Assembly: GCF_018977255.1 (NCBI RefSeq)
Contig: NW_024704745.1
Location: 46,438,001 to 46,502,000 of the forward strand
Direction of reading: 5' to 3'
DNA: 64,000 nt
Source of the DNA: Callorhinchus milii
Lineage: Eukaryota
Below the pieces are notes generated by a model that saw only the letters and a list, made by a program, of their open reading frames with translations, did not search any database and was not told the DNA's origin. A program made the position numbers and the translations under genes. Below, one piece after another: positions 26,910 to 38,388 of this stretch. Position 1 is the stretch's first letter. Every line of letters starts with the position of its first letter.

Positions 26910-29900
26910 GTAAGTCATGCTTACTTTATTTTTAAGTGTCTCATATTTTAAGGAATCAGCAGGGAGTTTCTTTATTTTTTCTTCATTCCATTCCTGGTGT
27001 GCAAAATACCAAAGCTGCTTCTTTACGTATGTCCTTCAAATTCTTTACTTAAAAAACAGCTGGTAATTTGGTGCTAGATGGAGCCGAGTTCACGTTTATG
27101 TTTTTAGAAGCTTTGGATTACATAACTGTCCTATGTAGCAACAGTCAAATAATGCATTCAGTGTATGTGTGTGTTTTGGTGTGTGTGTAGTGCAGGATGA
27201 TTAAGTTCAATGTTTGCAAAAACAAAGTGATGTGTTGTAAAGATATGTATTTACATAAAATTAGTCATGTTTATTTTCACAGTCAACTTTTTATTAAGTT
27301 GGTGACGCTGAATAGTTTGTAAATGTCGAATGAAAAAGTTGCGCTTGAGCTTTAAAAATAATTGTACTGAAGCCATTTACGCTTCTGGTTGACCTCAGGC
27401 TGTTTTTTCTAGCTCAGGTTGTTCTTCTCAATCTCTTAAAATGTGTGGGTTTGAGTTCCACATTGGGGCTTCAGTTTACAATCTCGGCTGTTACTCCAGT
27501 GCAGTGCAAGGGCATTGCTAGATAAGATGTTAAACCAAAGTCCCATCAGGTTGGCCAATAAAGATCCCAAGTGCAAGAAGATAAGGGTGCTTCTCCTGAT
27601 GTCCTGGCTAACATTTGGCCAATAAAATTGGTCATTCACTTCATGGATGTCTATTGGACATTGAAGTATGCAAAATCAGCTGCTGCATTCATCTACAAAA
27701 AAATACAGTCACTAAACTTCACAGTAAAATCATGTGAAGTGGTCTGAGATGTCTTTCTGAATTCAAAACTCTAAATCAAATGCAGCAATTATTTTTATTA
27801 TTAAAATGCCTATGTTTAGTTGAGGTCTCATTTATGATCTCATTTATTTCTTAATATATTCATCAGTAAGAAATATGTAATTCTCAAATTTCTCAGATAT
27901 TGAATTTATTGGAAAATGCATTTAATCATATTTTACATATGATAATCCTTCATTTAGTATAATGACTTGGTGGGGAAATTAAAAAATACAATAAAGAGAG
28001 AAATTAATATGAAATTAATAATGTCAACATTTTGCTTAGGTATTAATTTAAAAATATATAAATAATTATTTTAGATCATATTTCAATTGATAACACCTTA
28101 TCATTTGATACAATGCCTGAGGATAAAAAATGTCCAAAAAATCTTTATTTTATCTTTTTAAATAAATAAATTTGATCTTTTTAAATTAATTTACACTCAG
28201 AACCTCTTGTTATCTATATGCCAGATTCCTAGTTATTTTTATTGAGCTTTATTACTATTTATACACAATAAGCACATACAAATACAAAAGAGAAGCAAAT
28301 ACAGAAGGAAATGGAGTCTTGCTACATTTAAAAAAATATTGTAATACTGCTAAAAGTAGGTTTTTCTCAACAAAAGCTTGTATATATGATCCTGTATATT
28401 TAATTATTTCTTACCCGAAAAATTCCAATTTATAATGTTTCAATGGCTTTAGGTTTCTATGCATTTTATCTCAATAAAGTCATAAATGTATTGCTTGGAG
28501 ATCTTATATTTGGCTCATTCCAGTAAGCGTTTTTGGAGCTGCACATCTTTCTGGTATCTTGAGTTGATACCAGAAAGAAATATGTAATTCATACATGTGA
28601 GTTTGGATGCAAACTGAGGCAGAATGGCAGAAAATAAGAAATCTATTTGGGAGCAAAACCTGGGAGAGAGGTCATAGGTTGCTGGTGTAACCCCTTGATG
28701 GATTAAGTAGGAGTATTAAGCGATGAAGACTAGGAAACCCTATCAAGGGCAGACAAGAGATGGGAACAAATGACATGATGTTAATTTCCTGCAGTTTCAT
28801 TGTTTGCAGGAAATATTCCCAGATCTTATGGAATGTCTTCTGTTGAAGGTCTATCTCCTCTCATCTGTCATTTTGCTGATATTACTTATGATGGAATCCA
28901 AAAACACATATAATCTTGAGGCACAAACAAAGCACGGGCCCTCTACTTCACATTCTCTCCAATACCAGTCATCCCGTCATCCAGAATGTGGAAAATCTTT
29001 ATTTTATCTTTTAAAATAAATTTGTTTTCAGCACCTTTGGTTATCTTTTTGGCCAAATTACTAGTTACTTTTACTGAGCTTTATTATTATTGTGTATAAA
29101 CACATAGAAAATAAGTGCACACAAAAACAAGAAAGATCTAAATTCTAGGTGTTAAACCGGCACACTTAGTAGAGCTCTCTGAATTAGAAGGTTTTGGTGC
29201 AAGTCCCACATCACTACTTTGAACTCACGGTCTTGACTGACAGTCTAATGCAATATTGGAATAATCTCTCCAAAAAAACAATAATAAATTGGTCATTTTC
29301 AATCCAAGACTGTTTGTGGGACACTGCTGTGCGCAATTGGCTGCTGCATTTCGCCCACAAATATACAGTCAATTCACTTCACAGTCTATTCTGTGCAGAG
29401 CTTTGAGATGTCGAGAAGATGTGAAAAGCGCTAAATCAAATGCAAGGATTATTATTATTATAAGATTTATATTGAACTATTGTGAAGTACTATATTGTGA
29501 AGTTAACTAGACTATAAAATACTTTGAAGTGCTATGAGATATCTCAATGAGATGATGAGGAGCTTTGAAGCCTCCTCCTGACGTGAAAGGCATTTATAAA
29601 TTTAAATTGTATTATTTTTACTATTTAACTCTGGATAGATTAATTTAAATCTATCAGGGGTTCACGTAAAACATTTTCCAGCTTTACAGTAATTGCAGCA
29701 ATTGTTTGTGTCTATTTTTATTTGATGATCAAAGGGTAGTTTTCTAAAAAGGCTTTGAAAAAGATTAATGAACTTTACAGAGAGAATACCAAAAANTGAG
29801 ACCACAAAAAGACAAAAANGTCAATGAAAAGCTATGTAACATTGCCATAGGGGTTGCTATGGGGAAGTGTGACTTTAGTAATACAGAAGCTCAGCAAAAT

Positions 29901-32900
29901 AAAAGGTTAGTTATGTTTCGTGATCATTTTGCTTCTATGCAATTTCTTCCCGCTCTCCCTCCCCCAACTCAAGTTCACAGTCAACTGCTTTGTTGTTCTT
30001 CCAACGTGAAAGGCATTACAGTACATCAATATAAAAATTGAATTGTATTAATTGACTCGTTTTGCTGATAATAGGAGATTATTCTTCCTTGAATCATTGT
30101 ATTTGTTTTAATATACAGTAAAAAGAAATACACTCATTATAAGAAGCAAAGAACAATACAATCCATGTTTTCACCACTCCTATAAAATTATGGGTTAGTT
30201 CCTCAATTTGTAGGATTCGATTTACTAGTTTTATTTCATCAGCAAAATTGATACAGGTAAAGTGCCTTTAGAAGAAATAACAAAACATTGAAATAAATAA
30301 TTAGAAAGTGTAATTTTAACGATGGTCACTACTTTCGTTGGCAACTATTGACAAATAACATTTTTTAAAAATTATGTTTTTGTACAATTTAAAACATGTA
30401 CACATTCAATACAAAGAAAGGGTCATTTATCAAAAAAAAACCTGCAGTTGGTAAAGTGTATGATGTGGTCAAAACATTTCAAAGCGATTCACAGGATTTA
30501 CTCTGAAGTGTAAAAACTGTATACAGTATTTGGAGGTGACATCTCATTGAAGCAAATTTCACAGGCTTAACTATTTGATCTGAAAACCATTATGGCTAAT
30601 ACTCCGATCTAATGTGTAGATCAATTATAAAAATACTATTCCTAGCCTCAGCCACACCACACCACACCTTGCCACTGTGAAGTGCTCCAAAGGCATTATA
30701 TAAATGCGAGTCGTTGTTGTAAATCCAAATGAAGGCCTGTATGAACCTTACCAAGTTTAAATATTTTATCTTTGCAACTCCAGATCACTGAAACGTTTGC
30801 TTGAAATTCTACATGCATTCCATGTTGCAAAGACACTCATTATATTGAAAGTGACCCCATTTAAAATGTTCTCAAATAGAGATGTAATTTTTTCTTCTGC
30901 TTAGAAGTTAAGTTCTTCTGCTTTGTGGAGTCCTGTAGCTCAGTGGTTAGAGCACTCGCTTTGCAAGCGAGAGACGTGAGTTCAATTCCAGGAAGAGCGA
31001 AACCTTGGGCAAGTTTCCTTACTCCACACGCCTTATAATAATCCCTCCAAAAAACAAAACAATAATAAATTGGTCATTTTCAATCCACGACTGTTTGTGG
31101 AACATTGCTGTGCGCTATTGGCTGCCGCGTTCTCCCACAAATATACAGTCAATTCACTTTACAGTGTGTTCTGTGAAGCGCTTTGGGACGTCCTCCGACG
31201 TAAAAAGCGCTATATCAAAATGCAAGGATTATTATTATTATTATTAAACTAAATTGTGAAGTTTTATTCTGATGGTTTGTGCTACTTTTTCATATAAAAA
31301 GGAGTGGTCTATAAGTGAGCCGAATATCAGTGCCAGCCTGGCATAAGTTGGTAAAACTCCTATATCTGAATCAGAAGGTTGTGAATTCAAGCCCCATATC
31401 TGGATCTTAAGCTTGTAGTCTATACTGACACGGAATGCTGTCTGTATCCATCGAACCATAGAATTTTGCAGCACTTAAGGAGCCATTCGGCCCATTATGC
31501 CTGTGTTGATTCTTTGAAAGAGTTACCAGCTGGTCCCACTCCCCCGATCTTATCACATAGCCCTGCAAATTTTTCTTTTTGTCCAGGATTAGCAGTGTGT
31601 ATTCCTCTGGGAAGAAAGTGCCCACTCCATTCCATTCTGGGAAAATGTCCATGCTTACGTGAAACTCTCATGTTGGTTAGGATGCTCTTAAGTATGGTAA
31701 TGCGGTTCCTGGTTGACCAAAAAAAAGAATTTAATGATAGCACAAGTAGCTCTGAACCATTTTACATATAAATTTGATTCAGGTTTAATCAGATTAATCC
31801 TCCAATTAGTTCACTTTCAAAAACATAGCTCACCGATTACATCTCCTGTAGCATCTAACATTTCTCTATAGACAACAGATTGAATGATTCCCTTATCTGA
31901 TCAAAAGAAAACTGACAAAGAAATTGTCTATGCCATGATGTTTAACCCTTGACCTGTCAAAGAAGCATCAAGTACTAAACAAGACACATTGCAATGTACT
32001 AAGCTACATTATGTTATTCATTACAAGAACAACTTGCATTTATATAGTACCCCTCACGCCGGGTAGCGTTCCAGGGAGCTTAAAATTACATGTTTTATTA
32101 GAAATATATAATTAAGAGACAATTGTACAATCACAGATATTGTATGACAACATATAGCTGGGCTCAGTTGTAGGCCAGAAGATTCAAGGAATTTTAGTAG
32201 CAGAGTTGAATTCTCAAAATAAAGAAATAAAAGTTTTGTTCTCAGCCTTTTACAAATCCACCTTTGTGGGTCTGTGTATTAAGTCAGAGGGTAAGAGAGC
32301 AATGCAATGTAATCCTTGTTAATTAATCTGCAGCATTTAAATTCCAAGCTGTTCATTGATGCAGTTTTGTAATTCTTTTGCTCCCTACTTCTTCATTGAA
32401 GTCTTTTCTTTAGGTCCTCTGGGTTAGCCCTTTCTACAATGTTACTGTTCCTTAGCAGTTGATACGTAGCTCAAATTTGAGGCTTGCATAGAGGCTTGTC
32501 TTATTAAAGTCGGCTGATCAGAAAAGTCTATCACTTTAAGAGCCTTTCTTTCTTCTGTTCCTTCTTTCTCTAAAGCAGAACTATTGAGGTTCTGTTCTGT
32601 GACCGCATAATTTTCAGTATCTTTCTTGAACTTACTCTGACTTTTCTTCACCTCACTTGGTTCTCACTTCTCACTTTCTCTTCTCTGATTTCTCAATGTT
32701 CTTTGTTACTTGATTTCTCATTATACCTCATTATACCCCCTACCTCTCAGACCTCCTAACCCCCTACCACCCTGTTCGCTCCCTCGCTCAGGGGGCTCCG
32801 GCTTGCTCCACGTTCCCCGCTAGCTCGCCCCACTATCGGCAGGTGGGCCTTCCGCCACTCTGCACCCACCCTCTGGAACTCCATCCCCCAGTCCCTCCGT

Positions 32901-35900
32901 CTCACCCCCTACTTTGCCTCCTGCTTCTCCCCCTGCCCTCCCCTCTCCCCCACCCCAACCCTCAGCTCGGGTCCATAACTCTGTCTGTCCAGCACTTTGG
33001 GACTTCGTCCCGACGTGAAAGGTGCTATACAAATGTAATTTTGTTGTTGTTGTTGTTATTGTTGCTGTTGTTATACACCATTATAGAAGGGCTGGAGTTA
33101 GGAATAATAAAAAAAACTTAATATTCTCAATGTGGGAAGTATAGGGGAAGGAGTATCATTTTCCCCATTCCTGTTATGGAATGGGGGAGCGGTGGGGGGT
33201 GCTTAAAAAAGCAGTTTAATGTAGAATTATGACAAAGCTGGTGAGGGTTGAGAAGGGCTGGGAGTGAGGGTGATTTGATAGTTGACGTTGGAATGCTGAA
33301 GGTTTTTCACCAATGGCAGATTGAACAAGGGTGCTGTACTGTGCTAAGCTGAGCTGAGCTGCTGACCACAAGGGTGAGAATCCAGACACAGTCAACATCA
33401 CTCCACAAAATTCAGTGATTGAAGAGTTTGTCTAATCATTCCTCACAGCTCATTCCTCTAACACTTTTGTTGCTTGTTGCTCCCCTCTGCACAATCTTTG
33501 GGGCCTGGAATGCCCCCTTATGTCATGGTGAGGAGAACTGTATTCTGTACTCTAAACTTGGTCTGACCAGAGCATTTGGCCTGAGTGTGAGTATGAATTT
33601 AAGTAATTTAAGATAATTAATACATTTTCTATTTTTTTTCTAGGTGTTCTAGCTACGGAAAATGGAAATTCTACTGAATATATACAAACACTGGGTGGCA
33701 AAGTCACCTTGAATTGTTCAGAATCTTACCTAAGTGCAACTTTTATTCATTGGGAGCAAACAGATACAATTGGAGTGAAAGAATACAAGTCTATAATAAG
33801 TCATGATTGCTTATCAAATAGAATCCAAACATATAATAATACCAGAGTAACAACTCCAAATACAACTTGTAATGCACCAAGTAAAGATTTTTATCTTCAG
33901 ATTGAGTCTGTAGACGTGACTGATGAAGGGGAATACAAATGTGACATTGCAACTCGAAAGGGAAATTTTCAAAAAATCTTTTCATTAACAGTCATAGGTA
34001 AGACTACTTGTACTTGAATCTTCTCGTTACCCAGAGAGTTTGATCTGTTGTGGGGTAGACACACTGATATTGTAGTTTAAATAATTTATAGTAAGTATAT
34101 GAAACCTGGGGTTGGGGGGATTTGAGATGTATAGACATGACATTGCTATATTTTGCAACGGACTGGTGTAAATGCATATCAGATTGTGGGATATTTATCA
34201 GGGCTGGATATTCACTAGGCTGGAGTGGACTGGATAGATGTGTCCAAGGTGAGGATTATCAATTATCGAACCTAAAATAAAATGGTGGAATGTTAGTTAA
34301 TAATTATTGACTTGTTTCGGACATCGCTCTGGATGACACAATGGTTTGCTGTGTCTGGGGTATTGCATTTTCTGGGCTACATATTTATCGGATCAGAGGC
34401 AGCACCCGAATGCTGATTTACAGGATACAGGCTAAATGGATCGTGTTTTTAATGATAAATCAGCCATTCTCCACAATCAGAAGAAGTTAGATTTTTGGAT
34501 AACCGGCTTCGGCTTTAATAATTATTAATTCTTAATAGTTTAAGAAAACTCATGTTTTGGTATGAATGTTTTTCTGTTATTTTTTAGTACCACCCAATAT
34601 CTCAATAAGTTGTGAAAACAATTCAAATGGAACGAAAACAGCAGTGTGCACCGCGTCAAATGGGAAACCAAAGGGAAACATCACATGGCAGCCAACCAAT
34701 GAGGAAAATATCATCAGTACTGTAGAGAACAGTAATAGTACTGTGACTGTACAAAGTAAGTACATCATAACGGATACCAGCAACTACAAGGGACACCTGA
34801 CCTGCATCGTGACACATCCAGCACTGAAGGAGAGACTAAACTATGTATTTCCACTCTGTAAGTATATCTACAATAAATATTACATTACTGATGTATGTTG
34901 CTGATGCTTTTATTGAATCACGACACAACAAAATCAAAACTGGTGAGGTTTTCAGAAATTATTGAGTTTGTTGATCTTTTGTTTTTGATCTGCTTTTAGG
35001 AATAGGGCAGAGCTGAATGCAAATACAATTTGTAACATATTAGATAAAATAAACCCTGGAGACTCCACACACTGCAAAAACACCAGTGTTTATGGCTTGC
35101 AATCCAGTGAGGAAGATCGTAGCCTCTAAATTTATATTGCAGGCTCCAACAGCCAAGCACTGTGACCAATTCTAAGTGATTAGTGGTGCATGTTATAACA
35201 GCTATTTGTGGAAAATAATTGTACAATAATACAAAATTATAGTACATTGCTCACCCTGACTCAGCACCTCTGGCTCTCCATCACCAGTGGATAGACTTCA
35301 AGATCCTTGGCCTCACATTCACCTCCTACCACAGTCTTGCCCCACTCCATCTCTGTGGTCTCCTGCAAGAGAGGAGGATGTCATTACTAATATTAGCTAA
35401 TTAAATCTACACTTTTCACCTTCTACTCAAAGTGAGTTTATGCCCCCATGTTTTAGCTTTTGTGACAATGCAGAAGATATCAATAGGGTTAAGTTTAGGG
35501 AACACTTGTGTAAATCCAATATTATCTGCTTTAGTTTACAATGGTATTTCTGTTTCATTAAAATTTCCTTTATTACTTTTGATAAAGAAATGAGTACATT
35601 TCACTTTTGTATTTTTATACACTTTATATTTCACTTTTACTGTTAAAAGTACAGATTATGGTGAGCATAAACAAAAGCAGCAGTGATGCATAGAAACATA
35701 GCTGTAGTTATTTCAATAATAAAAGCATGTCTATATCTTTATAAAGAAATCTCTCATGCAATAAAATATCTGATTGGTGCCCGTCTTTTATAGATTGCAG
35801 TCCATCTCCAGGCAGTTCATCACCAAATATTACTATTGCCCTGTGTAGCGTGTGTCTTCTCTGCTTTGCACTAACACTAGCCAAGTGCTTCTTCCACAAA

Positions 35901-38388
35901 CAACTCAGGTGAGATTAACAAATTAGAAATAAAAATTGTGTTCTGTAATGCTGTAGCATTGCTATTACCAAACCATTTAAAATTCCACCCTGTTGATAAT
36001 TAAAGACATCGAGTGGCCCATGGATGTGATCCCACTGACTTTGAAATTCAGATATTTCAGGGATATTAAGTTACAATGTGTGGTGTAATTTAACCAGCTA
36101 GCCCTGGCATGAAATCTCCTGATTTGCTTCACTAAAGAGTGTGTTGTTCCCACATAAAGGTTGCATACAAAGGTTGGGAGTAGAGCTGAAGTTATCTTGG
36201 GAGATTGCACTGATTAGGATGCTAGAGTGATGGACAGAAGTATTACTACAGACAGCAGAATTGCAGGAACATTGAACAGTAATGTAATAATATGATATAA
36301 TAATAATCCTTGGATTTGGTGTAGCGTATTTTATGTCGGGAGGACATCCCAAGATCTTCACATGATATATTGTGATATTGTACCGTAATATACAAAATGT
36401 GTTTTGTGAGCAATGTTTTGCCCTGTCTAATGATTAGGAAGAATGAGCGATAAGTGGGAGTCACATGTGTTACCCCAGTTACACATGATAAGACCATCCC
36501 ATTCATCTTATTTATGATGCCCAAACAGATCAGGGTACAAGGCTGACTTCAGTTTACAGGAAGGCATTTTGTAAAATGTAAATATGAGACAGTAATCAGA
36601 AGAGGGGAGAAAACAGATATGATTAGAGGTTAGGATTAGAGGTGAATAAAAAGTTTAGAAGATTCATTAAATTATAAAAATAAGGCTTTAGATCAATCAG
36701 TTTTTAAAAATGCTCATGTTTTTCCCTGATGCCTGATAAATACTGTAAATATATGGCTAATAGTATCAACTTTCATGTAAAGTTTACTGTTTGCATTTCA
36801 GATTTAAAATTTGTGGTTTGTGTAATGCTTTCACACATTATATAAATATCTACCACAAGGGATGTGAGTTTCTTGGTCTTTGGGGGAAAGGAAATAAAAC
36901 ATAGTTAGAGATCAAAAAACAAACATCTTCCTCTTTAATTTGCATTTTTATTTTGCTTACAGAAACAATAATTCCTCATGTTCCTGTCAGGTACGTCATC
37001 TATAAAATATTTGAGTTGTTGTAGTCTGCCTTTCTCAGCTGCTTGACCTTATGGTTTATACTCATATGGGGAGAAATTCTATCTTGGTCTAGGTTTTTAT
37101 CGAACAATTCAAAACATCTATAATTTGGTGAATTGTTGACTTTAGTCTTAACTTTGAGCCTTTTTCTGTACTTCCCCAAGCCTGAAACCTCACCCATTCC
37201 GCAATTTGACTACCAAGACTACCAAGACTGAAAGTCAGGTCTGAAGATGAAATGGCTAAAATAATTTAATGAATTGTTTTTCAATTTTTTTTGATCTATC
37301 CTTAACGATTTTCCTTCAGTCACAATTTTTTTTGATCTATCCTTAACGATTTTCCTTCAGTCACAATTAACCATGATCACATGAAAAATTATGGAACCTG
37401 GAAAACTCACTAATATAATTAATCAGCAAAGAATGTGCGTATTTATGTTATAACATAGGCAGATGAAATCTCTGAGTTTTTGGTATTCAAATACAATTTG
37501 GACGATTTTAAGAAATAAGCCAAGAACAACAGCAACAAGATTACATTTGTATAGGGCCTTTCACATCGGGAGGAATAGAAAGAAGGAATAGAAAGAGGCC
37601 ATTAGGCCACTGAAGTCTGTCCTACAACTTTATAAGATATGGCAGTTCTTTTAATGGTCTTTGGTTGCCTAACTTGATGTAATCTGAAAATTTAAAAATC
37701 TTCCAATGTGTCTGCAAATCCAGATCAATAATGTATACATGGAACAGAAGATCTCCCAGTACAGATCTCTGAGACACCACTCTTAATAACGTAACCACAA
37801 TTTGACTGAACTGGTCTAATGACTTCCCTTCACTTCCTTCAGCCAATTTTGAATCCATGTCCATACCTCACCCTTGAAACCCAGTGACATTGGTTTGTAT
37901 AAGATTCTCAGATACTTGTCAAACATCTTTTGTAAGTCTAGGTATACTATGTATATGGATTCCCACATCAAAACAAATCTATGTGGTTGATTAGACAAGA
38001 TCTTATGAAGCCGCGCTGGCTCTTATTTATTAGGTTATCATTATAATTCATTCCATTAGCTTTACAATCATTGAGGTCAGGCTAATGGCTCTGTGGTTGT
38101 CAGGTATGGCTCTGTCACCGTTCTTAAGGGTAGCACATTTTCTCGATGGGGATAAAGCAATAGTTATAGCAAAAGCAATGCTCTGAGACATCCTCCCAAC
38201 AGTGAAAGGTGCTATATATTGAAAATGTAAACTCTTTTTGCATTGCTTGGACTTCAAAATGAACCCCCTGATCTATGTTTATCTTACAGAAAGAGACCAA
38301 ATCGGATGAATCCGTCACATATCTAGAGAACATCGTCTATGATTCACTGCAACTGTACAAGCCAAACTGTACAAGAAGAGAACTCTGA
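26837..38388 (+). CDS. CD200R1: CD200 receptor-like type I Ig-superfamily receptor, 6 coding exons, 312 aa: join(26837..26909,33644..33997,34588..34857,35794..35908,36963..36990,38290..38388)
   Basis: All introns are GT-AG with compatible phases (1,1,1,2,0); the 939 nt are open from ATG to TGA. Architecture SP-IgV-IgC2-TM-Tyr tail. C2 motifs TAVCTASNGKPKGNITWQP, NSTVTVQS and LTCIVTH and the V-end GNFQKIFSLTV resemble mammalian CD200R1 (from memory). About 10 N-glycosylation sequons. The symbol means family-level similarity, not proven orthology. Confidence 0.85.
27430..27790 (+). mobile_element. Older Deu-SINE in intron 1
   Basis: gggtttgagttccac head, ctcctgatgtcctggc core, degenerate tail. 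Confidence 0.6.
29240..29462 (+). mobile_element. 5'-truncated young SINE
   Basis: Matches the 3' two-thirds of 19902-20229. Confidence 0.85.
30927..31247 (+). mobile_element. Young TGC-loop SINE, full length
   Basis: Perfect anticodon-like stem CTCGC-TTTGCAA-GCGAG; nearly identical to 19902-20229. Confidence 0.92.
31430..31700 (-). mobile_element. CR1 3' end
   Basis: Reverse complement ...gggccgaatggctcc...tgctgcaaaattctatggttcgatgg is a CR1 3' UTR type. Confidence 0.6.
32750..33075 (+). mobile_element. Short L2 3' fragment with (TTG)n tail
   Basis: Matches the last ~300 bp of the other L2 copies. Confidence 0.85.
33644..33997 (+). CDS. CD200R1: CD200R-like exon 2, IgV domain
   Basis: Acceptor ttttttttctag|, donor G|GTAAGA, 354 nt, phase 1/1. 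VTLNC, IHW, LQIESVDVTDEGEYKC give the canonical V-set Cys-Trp-Cys and DxGxYxC. Confidence 0.95.
34588..34857 (+). CDS. CD200R1: CD200R-like exon 3, IgC2 domain
   Basis: Acceptor ttattttttag|, donor T|GTAAGT, 270 nt, phase 1/1. PPNISISC, AVCTASNGKPKGNITW, LTCIVTHP. Confidence 0.95.
35794..35908 (+). CDS. CD200R1: CD200R-like exon 4, stalk plus transmembrane segment (Y)CSPSPGSSSPNITIALCSVCLLCFALTLAKCFFHKQL(R)
   Basis: Acceptor cgtcttttatag|, donor CAG|GTGAGA, phase 1 in and 2 out, hydrophobic stretch followed by basic residues. Confidence 0.88.
36963..36990 (+). CDS. CD200R1: CD200R-like exon 5, 28-nt cytoplasmic micro-exon (R)NNNSSCSCQ
   Basis: Acceptor ttttgcttacag|, donor CAG|GTACGT. Phase 2 in and 0 out exactly bridges exons 4 and 6. 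Confidence 0.75.
37282..37368. repeat. Perfect 41-bp tandem duplication in intron 5
   Basis: caattttttttgatctatccttaacgattttccttcagtca occurs twice consecutively. Confidence 0.9.
37580..38150 (-). mobile_element. Degraded CR1 RT fragment in intron 5
   Basis: NHRAISLTSMIVKLME, VYLDLQKMFDK, WIQNWL, QRSVLGDLLF, KFSDYIKLG. Confidence 0.85.
38290..38388 (+). CDS. CD200R1: CD200R-like exon 6, terminal coding exon KETKSDESVTYLENIVYDSLQLYKPNCTRREL*
   Basis: Acceptor tgtttatcttacag|, phase 0, three tyrosines, stop TGA 38386-38388, AATAAA at 38470-38475. Confidence 0.82.
   Translation, partial: KETKSDESVTYLENIVYDSLQLYKPNCTRREL

Noticed and set aside
2048-29819. Single N bases at 2048, 2922, 29796 and 29819
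   Set aside because: All sit at homopolymer ends and indicate assembly uncertainty, not biology.
30927-30995. tRNA-Ala(TGC)-like genes at 19902, 26441(-), 30927 and 58848
   Set aside because: D-arm and anticodon arm are present, but there is no closing acceptor stem and each continues into a shared SINE body and tail. These are SINE heads.
35878-35890. Lysine near the TM segment as a DAP12-pairing residue (activating CD200R-like receptor)
   Set aside because: The Lys follows an 18-residue hydrophobic run near the cytoplasmic boundary and the tail carries inhibitory-type tyrosines. It is more likely a stop-transfer residue, though not fully excluded.
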